64,000 bases of DNA from a virus. The notes beneath the pieces are model-generated. The model saw nothing but the letters and a program-made list of their open reading frames with translations. It made no database searches and was not told the DNA's origin. Positions 9,394-17,385 of the stretch are shown piece by piece; position 1 is the stretch's first letter, and the number at the start of each line of letters is the position of its first letter. A program made the translations under genes and the position numbers. Location of the stretch: the IMG/VR virus record IMGVR_UViG_3300025108_000016; one strand, 5' to 3'.

Positions 9394-9963
9394 ATGAATA
9401 AACTTAAGATCGTCGCCGCTTCAGTTGGCGGAGTATTTGTTGTAGCACATATAGGTCTGCTTGGATATGTTTTCAGGCAGGAACCTGAACCTGTGCTCCA
9501 ACCTCCTACATTTCACATCCCCCGTGGTCCTTATTCTTCTTACAGGATTAAGGCAGGTAAGGATGGTTATGAGATTGAATTCCGTGCTGACGATCCTAAG
9601 ATTTTGGAGTCTGAAAGGTCTTTAGATGTTGACAAAGAGAGGAGAGGATTGTTTGGTGGCGGATCTGAAATTAGAAATGAGTACCGCCGTGATCAATATA
9701 CCCGTGAAGGCACCAGGAATCTAGGAGGTGCAACTGACGAGCAGGGAAAGTCTGCGAAAGAAATCGAGTGCATCGTGGCGGACGCTGGAGCACGTTCACA
9801 AGGTGCAATGGCAGGTAGTGCTATTGCTGCTGGAGTTGCTGTTCCTGCCCTTGCTAGCATCCCCTACGTGGGTTGGTTGGCAGGTGGATGGGCATTGCTC
9901 CTAGGACAGAAAGCAGGGTCTTCACTTGGTTCTCAAGTTGGAAGCGTATTTAATGATTGTTAA
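9394..9963 (+). CDS. Membrane protein with C-terminal glycine-zipper-like region
   Basis: N-terminal TM; GAMAGSAIAAG..GQKAGSSLGSQVG. Confidence 0.75.
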   Translation: MNKLKIVAASVGGVFVVAHIGLLGYVFRQEPEPVLQPPTFHIPRGPYSSYRIKAGKDGYEIEFRADDPKILESERSLDVDKERRGLFGGGSEIRNEYRRDQYTREGTRNLGGATDEQGKSAKEIECIVADAGARSQGAMAGSAIAAGVAVPALASIPYVGWLAGGWALLLGQKAGSSLGSQVGSVFNDC

Positions 9964-9987
9964 ATAGTTAAGTATTGAGGAAACATT

Positions 9988-10101
9988 ATGGCTCAAACGA
10001 CTTATAAGAAGCAACAGAAGAAAGAAGCGACAGAAACATTTTTCTTATATGTATTCTTTCATTCTATCTGGACAGGAATTTTTAAAATATTTGAAGACTG
10101 A
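9988..10101 (+). CDS. 37-aa hydrophobic peptide (not in ORF track)
   Basis: GAGG SD; MAQTTYKKQQKKEATETFFLYVFFHSIWTGIFKIFED; TGATG coupling to the next gene. Confidence 0.6.
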   Translation: MAQTTYKKQQKKEATETFFLYVFFHSIWTGIFKIFED

Positions 10102-10916
10102 TGCCTGAAATACCCATCATTACAGGTGGTGATATTAGTATTAAAGATATTCAAATTAATACTATTACTATACCCACCTATGACTTTAATAGCACTTCAA
10201 CATCCATACCATTAGCAGCTCCAGTAGTTGTAAACATTGGTGTGCCTGTGGTTAATATACCAGGATGTGTTGAGGCGACTGAAACTAATACTGCTAAAAA
10301 TAATCAACTGAGGCAAGATGACCCGAATGGATTGGTTACGTATTGCGATTCTGGGGTTCCCAATTTTAATCCTCTTTCTTTTGAACCAAACCAGATGATT
10401 ATGACTGGTCCACCAAAAGTGGATACTAGATCACCTGATGCACCGAAACCACCTGAAGTTAAACCACCAGAAACAAATCAACCTGTTGCTACCGCTGTAA
10501 TAGTTTGTCCTACAGAAGCACAGAACGCACAAGAACCTGTGGGAACATATGTAGAAGGATTTAGAAAGATAGTTACTGGTTACAAACTCATCGATAAGAC
10601 ATGTGTTCAACTAACAGAACCAGTTCCAGTGCCTACACAAATTCTTGCTGGTCTACCTAGTGGTGGACAGGTAATGCAGGTGGGTGGTATTGCTGTCATT
10701 GCTACATCATCAGCACTATTAGCAAAACCGCTGGCAGACATACTATTGAAAGCAGTCAAACCAGCGGTTAAGAAAGTTATGAAAAAGATTGCTACCTTAC
10801 GTGGTAAGAAACCTCCTATTTTGTCTGCAGGGGAGCGCCGAGCAGAGCAGCGTCAGATGAATGAGGCAGTACGGGTATTGCGCTCTGTTTTTCCTCGGAA
10901 GAAGAAGAAACTCTAG
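10101..10916 (+). CDS. Pro/Cys-containing hypothetical protein with C-terminal hydrophobic and basic segments
   Basis: 271-aa ORF; overlaps the convergent gene by 101 nt. Confidence 0.8.
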   Translation: MPEIPIITGGDISIKDIQINTITIPTYDFNSTSTSIPLAAPVVVNIGVPVVNIPGCVEATETNTAKNNQLRQDDPNGLVTYCDSGVPNFNPLSFEPNQMIMTGPPKVDTRSPDAPKPPEVKPPETNQPVATAVIVCPTEAQNAQEPVGTYVEGFRKIVTGYKLIDKTCVQLTEPVPVPTQILAGLPSGGQVMQVGGIAVIATSSALLAKPLADILLKAVKPAVKKVMKKIATLRGKKPPILSAGERRAEQRQMNEAVRVLRSVFPRKKKKL

Positions 10917-11697
10917 GAATATTATGGTAGTGTGGATGCTTATGTCCTGGTGGATTGTTTACCACAACATCAGCACACACAGAATAGTATGGTGATTTGG
11001 GATGGAATTGGATTCCTTTTAACTTTAACTCACCACAATTCTTGAGTCTTGCAATCTCAAAGTCCAATCTTTTATTGGCAGTTATTTGTTCTTGTAAACC
11101 AATCTGTGTAGTTGCTGCCCTCTTACATAAGTCTTGTAAGTTTTTATCTGTAGGTGTGCTCCATGTCATAGAGAACCCTAGACCTAGATTATAGTTATCT
11201 TTCTGTCCAGTTCTAGTTTTTTTAGTGAACAGAATGTCGCCAGGATTGTCTAACAGACCATCCTCGTTTAGATCACTAACGTCATAGACTGGATCATTAA
11301 AGTATGGTTCGTATGGTTTAGATTGAGAAACAGAACCTGTTACATACGGGGTGAAGTTGCGAGTGGGACCCTGACATTGTATACCACCTCCGTATGTGTT
11401 TGTAATATATGGTCCCTGAAGGACTTGTATAGCTTGGTTTGTAACGGAACCTGAACTATTAGCCACAGGAGAAGCAGTAGCAGACACACCACCAACAGTT
11501 TCAGCATAAGAAGGATTAGCAAATAATAATGTTATTGTGAGAAGATACTTGTGGTATCGGTGGCGCTTTCGACCTCGGTCACTCTTTGAATAATTGTTTG
11601 ATTGCTCAAACCTGGGCCGCGATAAGTTTCTGTGAACTGAAACGCTGCTCCTGGTACTGTTTGTGTGAATTGAGGTTTGCTTGTTACACCTGTCCAT
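10816..11697 (-). CDS. Exported hypothetical protein (true start uncertain)
   Basis: Signal-like RKRHRYHKYLLTITLLFANPSYA|E; Cys pairs; beta-rich core. Confidence 0.75.
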   Translation of the reverse strand: MDRCNKQTSIHTNSTRSSVSVHRNLSRPRFEQSNNYSKSDRGRKRHRYHKYLLTITLLFANPSYAETVGGVSATASPVANSSGSVTNQAIQVLQGPYITNTYGGGIQCQGPTRNFTPYVTGSVSQSKPYEPYFNDPVYDVSDLNEDGLLDNPGDILFTKKTRTGQKDNYNLGLGFSMTWSTPTDKNLQDLCKRAATTQIGLQEQITANKRLDFEIARLKNCGELKLKGIQFHPKSPYYSVCADVVVNNPPGHKHPHYHNIPRVSSSSEEKQSAIPVLPHSSDAALLGAPLQTK

Positions 11698-11969
11698 GAT
11701 GAAGTCACTCCATTAATAGTTACATTGCTAGCACCTGTTCCTGGTGAGAGGTTTCCTGATGCTGATATACCAGAACCAGTAGCAGAGTACTGATATCCAG
11801 TGTTATAATCCATTGAATTTATTGTCTCAGTTATCTTCTGAGTGGTCTCTGTCCTGCTCGTCATTGATCCCTGTGTGAAGTTTGGGACCACGGGGACCGC
11901 CAGGGCAGCTGCAGGTATGACACTTGCAACCACCGCAGACATCACAGACCAACGAATCATAGTATTCAT
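11532..11969 (-). CDS. Exported Thr/Ser-rich beta protein
   Basis: Signal peptide ending AALA|VPVVPNF. Confidence 0.8.
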   Translation of the reverse strand: MNTMIRWSVMSAVVASVIPAAALAVPVVPNFTQGSMTSRTETTQKITETINSMDYNTGYQYSATGSGISASGNLSPGTGASNVTINGVTSSWTGVTSKPQFTQTVPGAAFQFTETYRGPGLSNQTIIQRVTEVESATDTTSIFSQ

Positions 11970-11980
11970 TCCCTAATTCC

Positions 11981-12433
11981 TCAGTCAATGACAGTGATCT
12001 CAGACACAAATTGTCCTGTAGCAGATGTACCAGCTCCACCAGCAGTTAATGCCATAGTATGAGCACTATTAATAGTACCTGCTAGTGATCCAGCAGACCC
12101 AGCAGTGTAAGAAGTTACATTACTGAAGTTAGGAACATCTCCTACAGTAGGAGCAGCAGTTGGAACAGCATCCTTTACAGTCATAGATTCTGCAAATGAC
12201 CAATCATTACCTGCTGTATGAACATCATATGTTCCAGCAGTTCCAAGGGTGCCCATCGTGGTTACAGCAATGTTAGAACCAGAGGCAGAGTAGCTGTCTC
12301 CAATTCTTACAGCGGTAGATCTAGCAGCATCAACAGTCAGTTGAACACTAGAAGAATGTTTCGATACAATTCCGCCAGCATTAGCAGCAGTAGCGGTCAT
12401 CAGAAGCATAACGATAGGAAGAATTTTCTTCAT
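11981..12433 (-). CDS. Exported Gly/Ser/Thr-rich beta protein
   Basis: MKKILPIVMLLMTATAANA| signal peptide; AATAAATA late promoter at 12457-12464 (minus). Confidence 0.8.
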   Translation of the reverse strand: MKKILPIVMLLMTATAANAGGIVSKHSSSVQLTVDAARSTAVRIGDSYSASGSNIAVTTMGTLGTAGTYDVHTAGNDWSFAESMTVKDAVPTAAPTVGDVPNFSNVTSYTAGSAGSLAGTINSAHTMALTAGGAGTSATGQFVSEITVID

Positions 12434-12459
12434 AACGTAAAAATTTGGATCTGATATAT

Positions 12460-12783
12460 TTATTCAACATGAATGATTCCTGTCATACCTGCACCTTTAT
12501 GGGGTCCACAGAAAAATTCGTAATCACCAGCATCAGCAAATACAATATCTTGAGACTCGCCAGGAGCAAAGAGTAGTGCTTCTCTTGAAAGGTCTGGACG
12601 TGCTTCAACAATAATATTATGAGGAGGCAAAGCTTCGTTTACAAAATGTAGTGTTTCACCTGCAGAGATTGTAATCTCGTTAGGTTCAAATGCTAGGTTT
12701 CCGTTAGCACCCATATGTACATCGACTGCCCACACAGGAGTAGCAAAAAAGAATGCAATTAGAAACGCAAATAAAAATTTCAT
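12460..12783 (-). CDS. petE: Plastocyanin
   Basis: Signal peptide; PHNII and C-G-P-H-x-G-A-G-M copper ligands. Confidence 0.95.
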   Translation of the reverse strand: MKFLFAFLIAFFFATPVWAVDVHMGANGNLAFEPNEITISAGETLHFVNEALPPHNIIVEARPDLSREALLFAPGESQDIVFADAGDYEFFCGPHKGAGMTGIIHVE

Positions 12784-12805
12784 GATGTTATAGTAACTAT
12801 AATAT

Positions 12806-12985
12806 CTATTCTCGTTTTGATTTTTTACTTGGTATGAGTTGATATGCTAACTTATCTCTTAATGCATTGATCCTTTCTTCGTCAAAATGAGCAAAGTTAG
12901 GATACTTCTCTACTTTTTTATAGTAATGTAAAGCGTTGAGGATAATTGTGTAATCCTCCATCGTCAATTCAAATGAGTGTCCCAT
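12806..12985 (-). CDS. Hypothetical protein
   Basis: ORF in the minus-strand operon; start trimmed to MGHSF. Confidence 0.6.
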   Translation of the reverse strand: MGHSFELTMEDYTIILNALHYYKKVEKYPNFAHFDEERINALRDKLAYQLIPSKKSKRE

Positions 12986-13427
12986 GTTTTCTACGAATTT
13001 CTCTAAGTTGTTCAAAATCTTTTTGTTTTGTTCCACCATCATATTCCCATGCATAACCTTCCTCAATCATTTGCTCGTTAAGGGACACATTGTCGTCCCC
13101 AATGTAAAGCCAACCCAGAAGACGCCCGTATTTGCCAGTGCCACCAACAAGTTCAGTCCTAACAGACAACTCATCATCACCAGCCAAAGTGCCTTCGAGT
13201 TTTTCTTTGAGCCAGTTGGTTGCGTCTTTTCCAAGTTCCTTTTCCTCTAGATCTCTCGTTCTTTTTTCAGGTGTATCAACTCCTGCAACTCTAACTCTTT
13301 CTTTCTTGTATAGATCAAACCCAAGATCAATGGTGACATCAATAGTATCACCATCAAGGACACGATTGATCTCCGTCACTCGGAAGTTGTAGCAACTTTT
13401 CCTGTTCGGCGGCATCATTTTTCCCAT
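12969..13427 (-). CDS. Staphylococcal nuclease (SNase)-like endonuclease
   Basis: RVLDGDTIDV, RVRVAGVDTPE, KYGRLLG. Confidence 0.9.
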   Translation of the reverse strand: MGKMMPPNRKSCYNFRVTEINRVLDGDTIDVTIDLGFDLYKKERVRVAGVDTPEKRTRDLEEKELGKDATNWLKEKLEGTLAGDDELSVRTELVGGTGKYGRLLGWLYIGDDNVSLNEQMIEEGYAWEYDGGTKQKDFEQLREIRRKHGTLI

Positions 13428-13563
13428 CTTCTAACTCTGCAAATGCTTCTCTTAGTATGTATACGACTACAAACAATGCACCCGCAACGGCAAGTATCAC
13501 ACAGATAATTACAGACCACACAGGATCAGTAACATTATCAAGAGGACGCAATAATAAATTCAT
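13354..13563 (-). CDS. Small single-TM protein
   Basis: VWSVIICVILAVAGALFVVVYIL. Confidence 0.7.
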   Translation of the reverse strand: MNLLLRPLDNVTDPVWSVIICVILAVAGALFVVVYILREAFAELEDGKNDAAEQEKLLQLPSDGDQSCP

Positions 13564-13751
13564 AGTTCATTGAATCGATAATCTAATATAATTCTATACA
13601 AAGAATCTCTCATAAACCATAGATGTTCTTGTTCTTCGTATGGTCTAGCAGGAGCACCTGGCCAATATTTAATAGTTTCTGTAACAGAATGATATAACAA
13701 GCGTATATCTTCTATTGTTAAATCTATTGTGTAGTCTGGTTCTTTACTCAT
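13560..13751 (-). CDS. Hypothetical protein
   Basis: WPGAPARPYEEQEHL motif; coupled to neighbours. Confidence 0.7.
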   Translation of the reverse strand: MSKEPDYTIDLTIEDIRLLYHSVTETIKYWPGAPARPYEEQEHLWFMRDSLYRIILDYRFNEL

Positions 13752-13897
13752 GGGTTCCTGGGATCGATTCCTAAATCTTTCAAGTATTCAATCCACCAAT
13801 CTTGATCTTTAATGTATCTCCAATTGGGAACTTCTTGTCCACGTTCTGTAACATAGTATTCATGGAGAGCGTCATCTATAGTCTGTGCGATCTCCAT
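13748..13897 (-). CDS. Hypothetical protein
   Basis: MEIAQTIDDAL..VPNWRY; start trimmed. Confidence 0.6.
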   Translation of the reverse strand: MEIAQTIDDALHEYYVTERGQEVPNWRYIKDQDWWIEYLKDLGIDPRNP

Positions 13898-14081
13898 ATT
13901 CTTCTTCCTCTTCATCAACGTCTTCATATGCGTTGTCCACATATGGTCCTCGTTTTCGTGAAGATTCTTTTCCGACATAATTTTTTTCGTCGTTGACGGC
14001 AGATACCCACACAGCAAGTTTCATTATGATAAAAATTAAAACCAGTGGTGTAAAGCAACCGATTAAAATTACTGGATTCAT
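13872..14081 (-). CDS. Small single-TM protein with acidic tail
   Basis: MNPVILIGCFTPLVLIFIIMKLAVWV. Confidence 0.7.
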   Translation of the reverse strand: MNPVILIGCFTPLVLIFIIMKLAVWVSAVNDEKNYVGKESSRKRGPYVDNAYEDVDEEEEEYGDRTDYR

Positions 14082-14236
14082 TTATGCTTCCTCGTAAAAG
14101 GTTCCCAGTGTTGCCAACTATATTTATGAACTGCCCACATTCCTATGACGGGAACAAAGACGAGACACCATGCCATGATTCCTAATCCATATGGGTTGTT
14201 AAGTACAGTCCCACAAAACCTAGCAAATTGTAACAT
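14078..14236 (-). CDS. Small membrane protein
   Basis: MLQFARFCG..LVFVPVIGMWAVHKYSWQHWEPF. Confidence 0.7.
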   Translation of the reverse strand: MLQFARFCGTVLNNPYGLGIMAWCLVFVPVIGMWAVHKYSWQHWEPFTRKHK

Positions 14237-14322
14237 TATTCTGATATAATTGATAGAATGAATAAAAATAATCCGAACAAACAATAGAAACCAATAAAAA
14301 TTAATTCAGATTGAATATGCAT
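14236..14322 (-). CDS. 28-aa TM micropeptide
   Basis: MHIQSELIFIGFYCLFGLFLFILSIISE; TAATG coupling. Confidence 0.5.
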   Translation of the reverse strand: MHIQSELIFIGFYCLFGLFLFILSIISE

Positions 14323-14395
14323 ATTCTAAACTCCATGTAATACTTGCTATTATACAGAAAAATAAAAGTAATCCAGAAAAAATGACGTGGTTCAT
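14306..14395 (-). CDS. 29-aa TM micropeptide
   Basis: MNHVIFSGLLLFFCIIASITWSLEYAYSI; ATGA coupling with the upstream gene. Confidence 0.5.
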   Translation of the reverse strand: MNHVIFSGLLLFFCIIASITWSLEYAYSI

Positions 14396-14586
14396 TGCTC
14401 TCTAGTTTTCCAAAGATCTAGGAAATAACGATCAACTTCATACAAATCACCACGGGGTGGTTGTTCTTCAATTTGAGACCATTTATTACATAGTTCTCTC
14501 ATCTCAAATGATATCTTACCTGGGGTAAACATTCTGCCAAAGGATGACATGGCAAACGCATACCTCATTCTAATGCGCTGTTCCAT
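14392..14586 (-). CDS. Hypothetical protein
   Basis: MEQRIRMRYAFAMSSFGRMF..VDRYFLDLW; start trimmed. Confidence 0.65.
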   Translation of the reverse strand: MEQRIRMRYAFAMSSFGRMFTPGKISFEMRELCNKWSQIEEQPPRGDLYEVDRYFLDLWKTREQ

Positions 14587-14701
14587 TTCCTGAGTAGGCG
14601 TCGGTTTCGTAATAGTTATTCTCACCTTTTCTGTACCCGAAATATGCGGTGGCACATATAAAGGGTAGTGATCCGAAAAGTAGGACATGTGCTAGAGTCA
14701 T
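14570..14701 (-). CDS. 43-aa membrane peptide (not in ORF track)
   Basis: MTLAHVLLFGSLPFICATAYFGYRKGENNYYETDAYSGNGTAH; ATGA-coupled. Confidence 0.65.
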   Translation of the reverse strand: MTLAHVLLFGSLPFICATAYFGYRKGENNYYETDAYSGNGTAH

Positions 14702-14904
14702 TGAATTTTTTCCTCGTAGATTTTAATTAACTTCATTGCTTGTTTTCTATCAGACCCACAAGGTGCATTCTTCAAACATCGAAGAATTAGTTCATCATCA
14801 CTGATAGTAGGTTTGATAGTAAACCCCCACTTATCAACTTCACCTTCCACAGGTGCTTCTGGACTATCGAACATCGTGTCCTCCAAACATTGCTCGCATA
14901 CCAT
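14698..14904 (-). CDS. Hypothetical protein (likely start MFDSPE)
   Basis: DKWGFTIKP..CLKNAPCG. Confidence 0.65.
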   Translation of the reverse strand: MVCEQCLEDTMFDSPEAPVEGEVDKWGFTIKPTISDDELILRCLKNAPCGSDRKQAMKLIKIYEEKIQ

Positions 14905-15913
14905 TCAGAACCTTGGCAGTGAAAGCACCAAGACGGCGCGACTCAAATCTCGCAAACAAAGCACTGCTGATGACAGGAGCGGGTACGCCAAGATCCACAG
15001 CAGCGTGAACAGTCCAACGTCCTTCACCAGAGTCTGATACTCCCCCATCGAACTTGCTAAGCTCACGATCGCTGCGTAATACATCAGCGGTAAGATCGAG
15101 CAACCAACTGCCAACCACACTACCACGACGCCAACACTCAGCCACTTTAGCAACGTTAATGTCATAACAATAATCTTCTGGACAATCCATCGGAGCAACT
15201 TCAGCATCTCCTTCCTTAACGTATGCTGCCCCAGCATTAGCTTCATGCAGGATATTAAATCCTTCTGCGTATGCTTGCATGATTCCATATTCGATACCAT
15301 TGTGAACCATTTTTACAAAATGTCCTGCACCAGGATCACCACAATACATCCATCCAAACTCTTCTGGATACATTACATATGAACCATCTCCTGTGCGTTC
15401 TGCAGCACCAATTCCTGGAGCGAGTGCATCGAAGATAGGGCGGCATACATCGACTGCGTGACTTCTGCCACCAACCATAAGACAGTATCCACGCTCCAAA
15501 CCATAAACACCACCACTAGTACCACAATCAAGATATTGGATGCCCAATTTTTCCAGTTGCTCTGCTCTGCGGCGCGAGTCCTTAAAATTGGAATTGCCAT
15601 GATCAATAACAATATCTCCATCACTAAGAAATGGTAGTAAGTCATTGATAGTTTCCTCTACTAGTTCTGCAGGAATAACAAGTTGAAAAATGCCAGGAAC
15701 CTTACCAGCACTAGTCTCTTTGAGACCATCAGATTTAACTGCTTGGACAAGATACTCCAATGAAGTCACACATCCACTAATGTAACCTTTATCATATTGT
15801 TCACATGCTTTTTCGTAGTTGTTTCTATAACCCCATACTTCAATACCTGTTTTGATCATACGTTGGGACATACCCTCACCCATACGACCCAATCCAATCA
15901 TTCCAACTTTCAT
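14864..15913 (-). CDS. gnd: 6-phosphogluconate dehydrogenase
   Basis: GLGRMG, IDHGNS, DCGTSGG, GHFVKMVHNGIEYG, DSGEGRW, MRAMFGGH. Confidence 0.96.
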   Translation of the reverse strand: MKVGMIGLGRMGEGMSQRMIKTGIEVWGYRNNYEKACEQYDKGYISGCVTSLEYLVQAVKSDGLKETSAGKVPGIFQLVIPAELVEETINDLLPFLSDGDIVIDHGNSNFKDSRRRAEQLEKLGIQYLDCGTSGGVYGLERGYCLMVGGRSHAVDVCRPIFDALAPGIGAAERTGDGSYVMYPEEFGWMYCGDPGAGHFVKMVHNGIEYGIMQAYAEGFNILHEANAGAAYVKEGDAEVAPMDCPEDYCYDINVAKVAECWRRGSVVGSWLLDLTADVLRSDRELSKFDGGVSDSGEGRWTVHAAVDLGVPAPVISSALFARFESRRLGAFTAKVLNGMRAMFGGHDVR

Positions 15914-15940
15914 TTTAATTTTCCTTTATTTCTATTATAC

Positions 15941-16096
15941 TCAGTTAGCATCTGTCGTCAACATTTGCTCTGTATACATTTTAAGTTTGCATTCTAGTTG
16001 ATCGTAAATTTCCCAAATGTATTCGGAACCTGTTTGGTCTTTATAGGTTTCACACGCACGAATTAGTCTGGTAATATCGTCTTCCGAAAGTCTCAT
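15941..16096 (-). CDS. 51-aa hypothetical protein (not in ORF track)
   Basis: MRLSEDDITRLIRACETYKDQTGSEYIWEIY; CATAAATA late promoter at 16120-16127 (minus). Confidence 0.65.
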   Translation of the reverse strand: MRLSEDDITRLIRACETYKDQTGSEYIWEIYDQLECKLKMYTEQMLTTDAN

Positions 16097-16138
16097 AATC
16101 TAATACCGTGTGACAAAAATATTTATGGTACACCCCTG

Positions 16139-16167
16139 TTGACAGGATTCTTATATGGTGGTATGAT
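16139..16167 (+). promoter_or_regulatory. Sigma70-type promoter
   Basis: TTGACA-17-TATGAT. Confidence 0.7.
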
Positions 16168-16192
16168 GACCACATCGTTTGATTAAAATACT

Positions 16193-16681
16193 ATGATGTA
16201 CGATCAACCTCCTGCTCCTCACTACGTTTGTGTGGGTTGTACACCAGCAGAGGAACAAGTTACTCAATTCCTACAAGGACGTGGCATTTATGATCGTAAT
16301 GCCATTGCAGTCGTAATGGGAAACATTAAACAAGAAAGTAATTTTAATCATAACATTTGTGAGGGAGGTGCTATCGTCCCTTATGATCAGTGTCTTCGTG
16401 GTGGATATGGTCTAATTCAATGGACCTCTACTAATCGTTATCTAGGACTGGGTTCTTTTGCACGTAAGTATAATGGTAGTCCGTCAGACTTTGGTATGCA
16501 ACTGCGTTACATGGTCAATGAAAACCAGTGGACAAAATTTGAAGTGGTACTGAAGGGCGGTGGACAAAGTGTCCCCTACTACATGGATGCTGCATATTAC
16601 TGGTTAGGATGGGGTATCCATGGAAACCGCACAAACTATGCCTACTCCTACAGCAAGAAACTCGTCCTCCGATACTCTTGA
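16193..16681 (+). CDS. Phage tail-lysozyme (Phage_lysozyme2)-like muramidase
   Basis: AVVMGNIKQESNF..GYGLIQWT..QLRYM. Confidence 0.8.
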   Translation: MMYDQPPAPHYVCVGCTPAEEQVTQFLQGRGIYDRNAIAVVMGNIKQESNFNHNICEGGAIVPYDQCLRGGYGLIQWTSTNRYLGLGSFARKYNGSPSDFGMQLRYMVNENQWTKFEVVLKGGGQSVPYYMDAAYYWLGWGIHGNRTNYAYSYSKKLVLRYS

Positions 16682-16799
16682 CATGGCAGACGATTGGCGT
16701 TATAATGACCAGAAGATGGAGACACGTCAACGTGCGTACTCCATTCTTCTCAATCGATTCGGATCCCAACTTGACAAAGATGGAGCTCCGCTATATAAT
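16678..16799 (+). promoter_or_regulatory. Two perfect sigma70 promoters upstream of the tRNA cluster
   Basis: TTGACA(16678)-17-TATAAT(16701) and TTGACA(16771)-17-TATAAT(16794). Confidence 0.75.
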
Positions 16800-16895
16800 A
16801 TGAAAGCAATCACCGAGTGTGCCCATGACTGGGTGTCACAAGGAAATTCTAGATGTGATGGGATTGTTGCATACTTCAAAGCATATTATGCTTGA
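16683..16895 (+). CDS. Hypothetical protein
   Basis: MADDWRYND..ECAHDWVSQG. Confidence 0.65.
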   Translation: MADDWRYNDQKMETRQRAYSILLNRFGSQLDKDGAPLYNMKAITECAHDWVSQGNSRCDGIVAYFKAYYA

Positions 16896-16903
16896 AGTTT
16901 TTT

Positions 16904-16980
<77 letters not shown>

Positions 16981-17062
16981 GTCGGTATGGCGGAATTGGT
17001 AGACGCGCCAGGTTTAGGTTCTGGTGTCTTATGACGTGGAGGTTCAAGTCCTCTTACCGACA
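16981..17062 (+). tRNA. tRNA-Leu(TAG)
   Basis: CCAGG-TTTAGGT-TCTGG arm; long variable arm; GTTCAAGTC. Confidence 0.93.
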
Positions 17063-17065
17063 CTC

Positions 17066-17137
17066 GCTCGAATAGCTCAGCGGTAGAGCATCTCCTTTAC
17101 ACGGAGGATGTCGGGGGTTCGATCCCCTCTTCGAGCA
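17066..17137 (+). tRNA. tRNA-Val(TAC)
   Basis: TCTCC-TTTACAC-GGAGG arm; GTTCGATCC. Confidence 0.93.
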
Positions 17138-17152
17138 TTGTCACTATTAACT

Positions 17153-17368
17153 ATGGACAAGCAAAAAATCAAAAATCAATTACAAGAAATCAAAACAGAA
17201 CTTGCATATATGCGAGGGATGCTTACAAATATTTGTAGTCAGTTACAGGAGTCAAGAGACTTAAATGCAGAGTCATCTGAATCTCCAGTAAAAGAATTAT
17301 ATGAGCACCCATGGTATAAGTATAAGCGTGAACAAATTCTTGCTGAAGAAGAATCACTTAAAAACTAA
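17153..17368 (+). CDS. Hypothetical coiled-coil protein
   Basis: ORF between the tRNAs and talC; start trimmed to MDKQK. Confidence 0.65.
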   Translation: MDKQKIKNQLQEIKTELAYMRGMLTNICSQLQESRDLNAESSESPVKELYEHPWYKYKREQILAEEESLKN

Positions 17369-17385
17369 TCACAATATATAAATCA

